DNA from: Candidatus Eiseniibacteriota bacterium
GTDB taxonomy: Bacteria > Eisenbacteria > RBG-16-71-46
NCBI GenBank assembly: GCA_031364845.1
Contig: JANLWX010000058.1
Span: 1-50,494 of the forward strand
Direction: 5' to 3'
DNA: 50,494 bases
Position 1 is the first letter of the stretch. Every line of letters begins with the position of its first letter. Below the pieces are notes generated by a model. The model searched no databases and was not told where the DNA came from. It was given only the letters and a program-made list of their open reading frames with translations. Of this stretch, positions 40,199 to 48,166 are shown piece after piece. Both the position numbers and the translations under genes were made by a program.

Positions 40199-42345
40199 GC
40201 GCCCGATACGCCGGTCTTTCGACGCGCACGCGCGCGGGTGTCCTCTGGACTTCGATGATGCTGATGTTCACGGTGGTGGCGACTGCGGTTGCCGGCGGTC
40301 CGCTGCCGGCGCCGGTCGAGCGCACGCTCGGCAACGGTGTGCGAGTGGTGGTGTTCCCCGAGACCCGGCACGAGATGGTGCAGATTCAGTTGCGCGTGCC
40401 TGCCGGGCTCACTGCCGAGACGGCCGGCGAGGCGGGCGTGGCCTACATGGTCGCCGAGATGGTGCGCCGCGGAACGACGTCGCGCGATCCCCGCGCGTTC
40501 GCGAGTGCCGTCGATCGCACCGGTGGCACGATCGGTTCGAGCGTCGCGCGTGACTACGCGACCCTGAGCGGGACATTCCTCGCGCGCGATTTCGAAACCG
40601 GCATCGAGCTGATGAGCGATGGCGCGATCTACCCGGTGTTCGACGCGGACGAGCTGCGCCGCGTGCGCGCGCAGGGCCAGCGGCAGCTCGCGCAGATTCA
40701 GGCGAGTCACGGTACCACGGCCGATGAGCACCTGTGGAAGATGCTGTTCGGCTCGCATCCTTACGCGCGCCTGCCGTATGGCGACGCGCAGGTGCTCTCG
40801 AACCTCGACGCCGCCCGGGTCCGCACGTTCTGGAGTGAGCACTGGCGGCCGGATCATGCGGTGCTCGCGATCGCAGGAGACATCACGCCCGAGCGCGCAT
40901 TCGTGGTGGCGGAGGAATGGTTCGGACGCTGGACCGGAACTTCGGGCGCCACGGCCGAGCACGCCGCGGCGGCAGCGCCCGCGCGCACGCGCATCCGCAT
41001 CATCGATCGCCCGGCGGAGCGCGCCGAAGTGCGCATCGGCACGCTCGGTCCCGCGCGCGGGGCCGAGGAAGAGTTTGCGCTGCTCGCATCAGGATCACTG
41101 TTGGGCGGCGCCCCGGCGCGCCGCGCGAATGGCGTGCGCATGCTGCAGGGCCGCGAGGTCCGCGCCGGATACCTGTCGCTCGACGATTCCGGCCTGTTCA
41201 CGATCGGGCTCAGCGCGCCGGTCGACTCCGCGGGGTCCGCGTTGCGCGCGCTGACCGGGATGATGGCCGCACTCGCCACACCCGCGTCCGCCGAGGATTT
41301 CACCTCGGTGCAGCGGCTCATGAAGAACGCACTTCCGCTGTCGCTCGAAACGCTCGCCGCGCGCACGTCGAACTGGCTCGCGATCGACTCGCGCGGCAAG
41401 GCGACGGAATACTTCGATCGCTATGACGAGCGCGTCGATGCCCTCACGCCCGCTGCGGTCGCGAGTGCCTCCCGGCGCTGGATCGATCCCGAGCGCGCGG
41501 TGATCGTCGTGGTCGGGCCGGCGGCGAGGCTGCGGTCGCAGCTCGGGCGTTTCGGCGATGTCGAAGTCGTGAGCACGCAGAGTGCGGCCGCTGCCGTCGA
41601 ATCGTCAGGCAAGCCGGCGACACCTGCCCCGCAGGCTGCCCCGACCGCTGCGGAACGACTGCGTGGGCGCACGCTGATTCAGAAGGCGGTGATCGCGCAC
41701 GGCGGGCTCACGAAGCTCAAGGCGATCCGCGACTCACGGTTCCAGGCGGATCTCTCGCTCAGTATCGGGAGTCAGAAACTCGAAGGCACGATGATCCAGG
41801 CCCGTCGCGAACCCGACCGCATGGTGTACATCACCGAGGTCGGGGGTATCGGGACGCGCCAGACGCTGGTCGGCACGAATGCCTGGCAGCTGAGCGGCGC
41901 CGACTCGGTGCCGCGCGATATGGACAGCGCGAGCGTGGGCGCGTTGCGCGCGGGATTCTCTTCGGATCTCCATCATCTGTTGTTGCTGGCGAACGACCCC
42001 CGGGCCCGGGTGTGGGCGAAGGGAACCATGGCAATCGGAGACATCAAGGCCCTCGCGGTCGCCGTCGAACATCCGGATCACCTGATGCGGACGCTGTATC
42101 TGGATCCGGTCCGTCACCAGTTGATCGCGTTCGATCAGGGCGAACCCGGGCGCAACGGCATGATCGCGCGCCGGAAGTTTTCGGATTTCAAGAGGGTTGA
42201 TGGCATTCTGTGGCCGTATCGTGAAGAGCGGCTGCTCAACGGCGAGACCGTCATGGTCGTCGTCGTTCGCGACGTTCGTTTCAACACGGGCGTGCCCGAC
42301 GATGCGTTCAAGAAACCCGTGGCGGGATCTGGAGCGTCCCGATGA
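40195..42345 (+). CDS. Exported non-catalytic M16 subunit fused to a C-terminal LolA-like domain
   Basis: LGNGVRV, GVAYMVAEMVRRGT (no zinc motif), HPYAR..G, WRPDHA.L.IAGD, IVVVG. After an A/P linker: AVIAHGG..L..I..YLDP..L..FSDFKRVDGI.WP. Confidence 0.78.
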   Translation: MSARYAGLSTRTRAGVLWTSMMLMFTVVATAVAGGPLPAPVERTLGNGVRVVVFPETRHEMVQIQLRVPAGLTAETAGEAGVAYMVAEMVRRGTTSRDPRAFASAVDRTGGTIGSSVARDYATLSGTFLARDFETGIELMSDGAIYPVFDADELRRVRAQGQRQLAQIQASHGTTADEHLWKMLFGSHPYARLPYGDAQVLSNLDAARVRTFWSEHWRPDHAVLAIAGDITPERAFVVAEEWFGRWTGTSGATAEHAAAAAPARTRIRIIDRPAERAEVRIGTLGPARGAEEEFALLASGSLLGGAPARRANGVRMLQGREVRAGYLSLDDSGLFTIGLSAPVDSAGSALRALTGMMAALATPASAEDFTSVQRLMKNALPLSLETLAARTSNWLAIDSRGKATEYFDRYDERVDALTPAAVASASRRWIDPERAVIVVVGPAARLRSQLGRFGDVEVVSTQSAAAAVESSGKPATPAPQAAPTAAERLRGRTLIQKAVIAHGGLTKLKAIRDSRFQADLSLSIGSQKLEGTMIQARREPDRMVYITEVGGIGTRQTLVGTNAWQLSGADSVPRDMDSASVGALRAGFSSDLHHLLLLANDPRARVWAKGTMAIGDIKALAVAVEHPDHLMRTLYLDPVRHQLIAFDQGEPGRNGMIARRKFSDFKRVDGILWPYREERLLNGETVMVVVVRDVRFNTGVPDDAFKKPVAGSGASR

Positions 42346-45245
42346 CACTGACTAAGGAGAGTGACGCCGTGACGCAGACCACCACGATGCCCCCGAGCCC
42401 GAATGACGCGGGCGTTTCAACGCAATGGGTGTACTTCTTCGGCGGCGGCAAGGCCGAAGGCCATTCCGGAATGAAGGACCTGCTCGGCGGCAAGGGCTCG
42501 GGTCTCGCGGAAATGACGAATGCCGGCGTGCCGGTGCCGCCCGGATTCACGATCACGACCGGCGTGTGTCAGTGGTACTACGCCAACGGCCGCCAGCTTC
42601 CGCACGACTTCCGCGCGCAGCAGGGCCACGCGCTCGAGCATCTCGAAACGGTGATGGGCCGCAAGCTGGGCGATGCCGAAGATCCGCTGCTGGTCTCGGT
42701 CCGTTCGGGCGCGAAGTTCTCGATGCCCGGCATGATGGACACGATCTTGAACCTCGGCCTCAACGACCGTTCGGTGCAGGGGCTCACACGCCGCACCGGC
42801 AACGACCGCTTCGCGTGGGATTGCTACCGGCGTTTCATCCAGATGTTTGCGTCGGTCGTGATGGACTGCGAAAAGCGTGAGTTCGAGGAGTTGATCGAGC
42901 AGTTGAAGCACCAGCGCAAGGTCGAACTCGACACCGACCTCACCGCCGCCGATCTCCAGTTGCTGGTCCAGCGCTTCAAGGCGCTGGTGCGCCAGCGCGG
43001 CGGACGTGACTTCCCGCAGGATCCGCACGAGCAGCTCGCGCTCGCGCGTGACGCGGTGTTCCGGTCGTGGAACAACGATCGCGCGATCTACTACCGGCGC
43101 CAGAATCGGATTCCGGACGACATCGGCACCGCCGTCAACGTGCAGGCGATGGTGTTCGGGAATCTCGGCGACACCTCGGGCACCGGAGTCGGCTTCACGC
43201 GCAACCCCTCGACCGGCGCGCACCACTTCTACGGCGAGTATCTCGTGAACGCGCAGGGCGAGGACGTCGTCGCCGGCGTGCGCACACCGCAGCCGATCGA
43301 CAAGCTCGAAAAGGAGATGCCGGACGTCTATCGCCAGTTGCGGGAGATCACGACGCGGCTCGAGAAGCACTACCGCGACATCCAGGATTTCGAGTTCACG
43401 ATTCAGGAAGGCAAGCTGTATCTGCTGCAGACGCGCAACGGCAAGCGCACCGCGCAGGCCGCGGTCAAGATCGCGGTCGACATGATGAAGGAAGGCCTGA
43501 TCACCGCCGAAGAAGCGGTGCTGCGCGTCGAGCCTGCGTCACTCGATCAGCTTCTGCATCCGCGCCTCGATCCCAAGGCCAAGGTGGTCGTGATCGCGAC
43601 CGGACTCGCGGCCTCTCCGGGTGCGGCGGTCGGCAAGGCCGTGTTCGACGCGGACACCGCCGCCGAGCGCGGCAAGAAGGAGCGCGTGATCCTGGTGCGC
43701 AAGGAGACCACGCCCGACGACATCCACGGCATGGACGCGGCACAGGGCATCCTGACCGCGACCGGCGGCATGACCTCGCACGCCGCGGTCGTCGCGCGCG
43801 GCATGGGCAAGCCGTGCGTTTCCGGTGTGTCGGCGATCCGCGTGGACGACAAGGCGCGCACGATGACCGTCGAGCATCGCGTGATCAAGGAAGGCGACTG
43901 GATCGCGCTCGACGGCTCGACCGGACGCGTGCTGCTCGGCGAAGTGCCGACCATCGACGCCGAAGTCAGCGGCGAGTTCGGCGAGTTCATGGAAGTCGCC
44001 GACCGCTTCCGCCGGCTGAAGGTGCGCTCGAATTCGGACGTGCCGCGCGACGCGAAGAAGGCGCGCGAGTTCGGCGCCGAAGGCATCGGGCTGTGCCGCA
44101 CCGAGCACATGTTCTTCGACGAGAAGCGGCTGCCGTTCGTGGTGCAGATGATCATGGCCGCGCCGCGCGTGAAATCGCTCGAGGCCCGCATCGCCGAGCT
44201 CGCGAAGTCGCAGCAGAGCGCTTCGGGCAGCGAAGCGAAGCGCCTGCGTGCCGAGATCACCGCACTCAAGCGCGACCTGGCGCAGCCGCTCAAAAACTAC
44301 CGTGGTGCGCTCGCCAAGTTGCTGCCGATGCAGCGCGCCGACTTCCGCGGGCTGTTCATGGCGATGGACGGATTCCCCGTCACGATCCGCACGCTCGATC
44401 CGCCGCTGCACGAGTTCCTGCCCAAGCGTGAAGATCTGATGGTCGACATCGCGCGGCTGTCCCGCGCCCCGCTCGCCGACAAGCGCGAGATGGCGAAGCG
44501 CTACCGGCTCACGGTCGCGGGGCTCAAACGCGGCATGCCCGAACTGCTCGAGCGCGTCGAGGAACTCCACGAGTTCAATCCGATGCTCGGACATCGCGGA
44601 TGCCGGCTCGGCATCACGTATCCCGAGATCACCGAGATGCAGGCTCGGGCAATCTTCGAAGCCGCCGCCGAGGCGACCGCCAAGGGCGTGAAGGTGATCC
44701 CCGAGATCATGATCCCGCTCGTGGGCGCAGTCTCCGAGCTGCGCGATCAGGCCGCACTCGTGCGCCGCGTGGCAACCGAGGTGATGGAGAAGAAGGGCGT
44801 GAAGATCGAGTACCTGGTCGGCACGATGATCGAAGTTCCGCGCGCCGCGGTGACCGCGGACCGTATCGCCGAGGAGGCGGAGTTCTTCTCGTTCGGCACC
44901 AACGACCTCACGCAGATGACGTACGGATTCTCGCGTGACGATGCCGGCAAGTTCCTGCCGGAATACGTCAACCGCAAGATCCTGCCGCAGGATCCGTTCG
45001 TGTCGCTCGACGTCGAAGGCGTCGGCGCGCTCATGACCTGGGCCGTCGAGCGCGGACGCGCGACCCGTAACAAGCTCAAAGTCGGCATCTGCGGCGAGCA
45101 CGGCGGCGATCCGGCAAGCGTGGAGTTCTGCCACACCGCAAACCTCGACTACGTCTCGGCATCGCCGTTCCGGGTGCCGATCGCGCGTCTCGCGGCCGCT
45201 CAGGCTGCGGTGCGCGACAAGGCCGCGACGAGTGATCAGCGTTGA
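42342..45245 (+). CDS. ppdK: Pyruvate, phosphate dikinase
   Basis: LGGKG, VPPGFTI, SVRSGA..SMPGMMDT, GGMTSHAAVVAR, GIGLCRTEHMF, NPMLGHRGCR, GTMIE, SFGTNDLTQ, GICGEHGG. The true start may be GTG 42369, after AAGGAG. Confidence 0.97.
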   Translation: MTLTKESDAVTQTTTMPPSPNDAGVSTQWVYFFGGGKAEGHSGMKDLLGGKGSGLAEMTNAGVPVPPGFTITTGVCQWYYANGRQLPHDFRAQQGHALEHLETVMGRKLGDAEDPLLVSVRSGAKFSMPGMMDTILNLGLNDRSVQGLTRRTGNDRFAWDCYRRFIQMFASVVMDCEKREFEELIEQLKHQRKVELDTDLTAADLQLLVQRFKALVRQRGGRDFPQDPHEQLALARDAVFRSWNNDRAIYYRRQNRIPDDIGTAVNVQAMVFGNLGDTSGTGVGFTRNPSTGAHHFYGEYLVNAQGEDVVAGVRTPQPIDKLEKEMPDVYRQLREITTRLEKHYRDIQDFEFTIQEGKLYLLQTRNGKRTAQAAVKIAVDMMKEGLITAEEAVLRVEPASLDQLLHPRLDPKAKVVVIATGLAASPGAAVGKAVFDADTAAERGKKERVILVRKETTPDDIHGMDAAQGILTATGGMTSHAAVVARGMGKPCVSGVSAIRVDDKARTMTVEHRVIKEGDWIALDGSTGRVLLGEVPTIDAEVSGEFGEFMEVADRFRRLKVRSNSDVPRDAKKAREFGAEGIGLCRTEHMFFDEKRLPFVVQMIMAAPRVKSLEARIAELAKSQQSASGSEAKRLRAEITALKRDLAQPLKNYRGALAKLLPMQRADFRGLFMAMDGFPVTIRTLDPPLHEFLPKREDLMVDIARLSRAPLADKREMAKRYRLTVAGLKRGMPELLERVEELHEFNPMLGHRGCRLGITYPEITEMQARAIFEAAAEATAKGVKVIPEIMIPLVGAVSELRDQAALVRRVATEVMEKKGVKIEYLVGTMIEVPRAAVTADRIAEEAEFFSFGTNDLTQMTYGFSRDDAGKFLPEYVNRKILPQDPFVSLDVEGVGALMTWAVERGRATRNKLKVGICGEHGGDPASVEFCHTANLDYVSASPFRVPIARLAAAQAAVRDKAATSDQR

Positions 45246-45289
45246 AATCCGGGCCGGAGGTCTTTATCTCCGGCCCGGATTTTTCTTTC
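45245..45289 (+). terminator. Intrinsic terminator after ppdK
   Basis: AAATCCGGGCCGGAG-loop-CTCCGGCCCGGATTT followed by TTCTTTC. Confidence 0.88.
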
Positions 45290-45367
45290 CGGCGCGAGGC
45301 GACTCTCCCCGCGGACAGTTGACGTCATCGAGCGAGGTCCGCCGCCCGCCCGCCCCCTAAGGAGACG

Positions 45368-46123
45368 ATGACGGGATCGCAAATTCCCGGACGCTCCGCG
45401 ACCGGCACGGCGCAGTCGATTCTCAACGTCGCGATCCTCCTTCCGGCGCTCGATGAAGAAGCGGCACTTCCGGGCGTGCTCGCCGCCGTGCCGCGCCAAG
45501 GTGATCGCTGGCGCGTGCGCGAGTTCGTCGTGGTCGACAACGGCTCCACCGACCGCACGGCATCAGTGGCGCGCGAAGCCGGCGCCTCCGTCGTCACCGA
45601 GCCCCGCCGCGGCTACGGCGCCGCCTGCCTCGCCGGCATCGCGCACCTGCGCGCGCATCCACCCGACGCTGTCGTGTTCCTCGATGCCGACGGCAGCGAT
45701 GACCCTTCCGAACTCGGCGTCCTGCTCCGACCGATCGCCGACCGCACAGCCCAACTCGTGATCGGATCCCGCGTGCTCGGTGAGCGCGAAGCCGGCGCGC
45801 TCACGCCGGTCCAGCACTTCGGCAACGTGCTCGCCGCGTTCTTGATGCGCGCGCTGTTCGGCGGACGCTTCACCGACCTCGGTCCATTTCGCGTGATCCG
45901 CTGGGATGCTCTCGAACGGCTCGGCATGCGCGATCGCGATTACGGCTGGACCGTCGAGATGCAGGCACGCGCGCTGCGCGCGGAGCTTGCGTGCACGGAA
46001 GTTCCGGTGCGCTACCGGCGCCGGCGACTCGGCGTCTCGAAAGTATCGGGAACATTGCGCGGCGTATGGGGCGCCGGGACCAAGATCCTGTGGACGATCG
46101 CGCGCGTGCGGTGGGGCGGCTGA
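45368..46123 (+). CDS. Glycosyltransferase family 2 (DPM1-like)
   Basis: LPALDEE, VVDNGSTD.T, RGYGAAC, FLDADGSD, VIGSR, TDLGPFR, YGWTVEM. AAGGAG RBS. Confidence 0.9.
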   Translation: MTGSQIPGRSATGTAQSILNVAILLPALDEEAALPGVLAAVPRQGDRWRVREFVVVDNGSTDRTASVAREAGASVVTEPRRGYGAACLAGIAHLRAHPPDAVVFLDADGSDDPSELGVLLRPIADRTAQLVIGSRVLGEREAGALTPVQHFGNVLAAFLMRALFGGRFTDLGPFRVIRWDALERLGMRDRDYGWTVEMQARALRAELACTEVPVRYRRRRLGVSKVSGTLRGVWGAGTKILWTIARVRWGG

Positions 46124-46149
46124 GGCGCGGGAACCGGCGCTTCACGAAT

Positions 46150-46854
46150 TCAGGGCACCTCGTCCTCTACTGTCACGTGTACAGGATCGCGCATCTGCGC
46201 GATGCGCAATTCGAGGCGGCCGGCGACCGCCCGTGAGCCGGGCAGCGCATCGAGCGCGGTGCGATAGGCCTTCACGCCATCCCAGCGAAATCCCCACAGC
46301 CACAGCACATGAGCACGGCGTTCGCCGACGCGCGCCCGATCGGGCGGTGACTCTGCCAGCCGCGCGGCCCGATCGTTTTCTGCGAGCGCCTCGCGCACCA
46401 GGGCGACGCGCTCGATCGTGCCGCGCGTCGCGGGGACGGTGAGGCCGCGGAGCCGGCGCGTCTGAAACGCACCGTTGTTGAGCACGGTGCCGAAGTCGTG
46501 ATGGAGTCCCCACACCGGCTGCTCGAGCAGCTCGAACTCGCGGCGGAAGTAGGGGAGGCTCTCGACGAAGCGATGGGACTCGACCAGTGCGATCGCGCGC
46601 TGATTGAGCGACGGCAGATCGAGTGCGGTCAGCGACGTATCGACCGCAGGAGCAGAAGGCGCGGGGCGATCGCGAAGGCGCGCGACACTCCACGCAGCAC
46701 CGAGCGTCAGGGCGATCACGATCGCAATAGCGACGCTCCGAGGAACGCGGGCTCGCGGACGCCCGGAGCCGCCGCGTCCGTTCACGGCGCCGGGCGCCGA
46801 TTTTACTGCCGTCGCGGGTAATCGCGCGGGTCGGGACGGTCGTTCACGGGCCAT
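46150..46854 (-). CDS. Hypothetical single-TM protein with TPR-like helical domain
   Basis: TM segment VAIAIVIALTLGAAW followed by helical repeats. Fills the gap between GT2 and the CDP-alcohol phosphotransferase. Start uncertain (46854 or 46785). Confidence 0.55.
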   Translation of the reverse strand: MARERPSRPARLPATAVKSAPGAVNGRGGSGRPRARVPRSVAIAIVIALTLGAAWSVARLRDRPAPSAPAVDTSLTALDLPSLNQRAIALVESHRFVESLPYFRREFELLEQPVWGLHHDFGTVLNNGAFQTRRLRGLTVPATRGTIERVALVREALAENDRAARLAESPPDRARVGERRAHVLWLWGFRWDGVKAYRTALDALPGSRAVAGRLELRIAQMRDPVHVTVEDEVP

Positions 46855-47040
46855 CCGGGCAGGATGCGACGCGCACGGGTGGCGGAGCAAGCGGCACGTC
46901 GGCAACGCGCGCGAACTCACCACGGCTTGCCCGCCCTCCTCCGGCACGACTATCTTCGCGGTCTCGTTGATCCGCGCGCCCGCACCGGGTGTGCGACGAA
47001 CGCGAGCCGAGTTCCGAACTCGGCTTCCCGGAGGGCCGCT

Positions 47041-47955
47041 GTGTTCGTCGAGGAGTTTCTCGAAGAGCTGAGACGCGACCGGTTTTCGCCGTTCGGGCTG
47101 CTGCGCTATGCGCGCCGCTCCGCTGGCCGCGCGCGCGAACACATCGTCGCGAATCCGGGTGCGGTCCGATCGATCTGGAGCGTGGCGCTGCTGTTCTTCG
47201 CCGCCGCGTTCGTCGCCTCGATTCTGATGGCGCTCGCCTACGACCGTTCACTCGCCTACGACTTCTTCCTCCATACTTCCATGTGGATCCTGCCGTCGTT
47301 CGCGCTGGTCACGATCTATGTGGGTGCACTGCGCGATCGCGACAACTACCCGCTGTCCGCGATCAACATCCCGATCGTGCTCACGTTGCTGCGCGTCTCA
47401 CTCGTGCCCGGCATCGTCCTGTTCCTCGCCGAGCGACACTTCGCGCTCGCGTTCGGCACGTTCGTCGTGGCGGCTCTGACCGACATCGCCGACGGCTGGA
47501 TCGCGCGCCGCTGGAATCAGATCACGCGCCTCGGCACCGTGCTCGATCCGCTCGTCGACATCGTGTTCAGCGTCGCGATGTTCGCGGGGCTCGTGTTCGC
47601 GGACCTGCTCGATCCGTGGGTGCTCGGAGTCGCGTTGCTTCGCTACGGCATCCTGCTCGTCGGTGGATCGTGCATCTACCTGTTCCTCGGCCCGGTTCGC
47701 ATCCAGGCGACGGGCTTCGGACGCCTCACCGGCGTCATGATGGCGACGCTCATCGGATTGCTGGTGCTGCTGCATGCGATCAACACGCCGCGCGCCGCGG
47801 TGCTGCTGCCGCTCACGCAGATCGCCCTCGGCGCGTTGTTGTCGGCGACGGTGCTGCACGTGGTGGCGCTGGGTTGGTACAACCTCAAGGTCATGACGGG
47901 CAACGCGCGCCAGCAGGGACGCGTCGTCGGTGACGTGCGCTGGGGCGCCCAGTAG
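47041..47955 (+). CDS. CDP-alcohol phosphatidyltransferase family protein with N-terminal extension
   Basis: GGAGG RBS with GTG. NIP..LTLLR and TDIADGWIAR..LGTVLDPLVD signature. Multiple TM segments. Confidence 0.85.
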   Translation: MFVEEFLEELRRDRFSPFGLLRYARRSAGRAREHIVANPGAVRSIWSVALLFFAAAFVASILMALAYDRSLAYDFFLHTSMWILPSFALVTIYVGALRDRDNYPLSAINIPIVLTLLRVSLVPGIVLFLAERHFALAFGTFVVAALTDIADGWIARRWNQITRLGTVLDPLVDIVFSVAMFAGLVFADLLDPWVLGVALLRYGILLVGGSCIYLFLGPVRIQATGFGRLTGVMMATLIGLLVLLHAINTPRAAVLLPLTQIALGALLSATVLHVVALGWYNLKVMTGNARQQGRVVGDVRWGAQ

Positions 47956-48166
47956 CCTTTAGTTTCGGTTCGAGCCCGATTCACATGCTTCGGACAACCT
48001 CGCGGCGCTGAGGTCGCGAACCCCCGCGCCGGGCCGCCGGCACTTGCCCCCGTGCTGCACCCCTCTCTAATGTCTCGGGCGAACCGGCGGCGGGTCCGCG
48101 AATCCGCTCATCCCGGTACTGCCGCGGCACGTCGGCTCGCCGCCCCACTCCTCGATCGAGTTCCGG

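Noticed and set aside
44155..44310. Intein in PpdK
   Set aside because: Too short, with no N-terminal C/S or C-terminal HN splice motifs.
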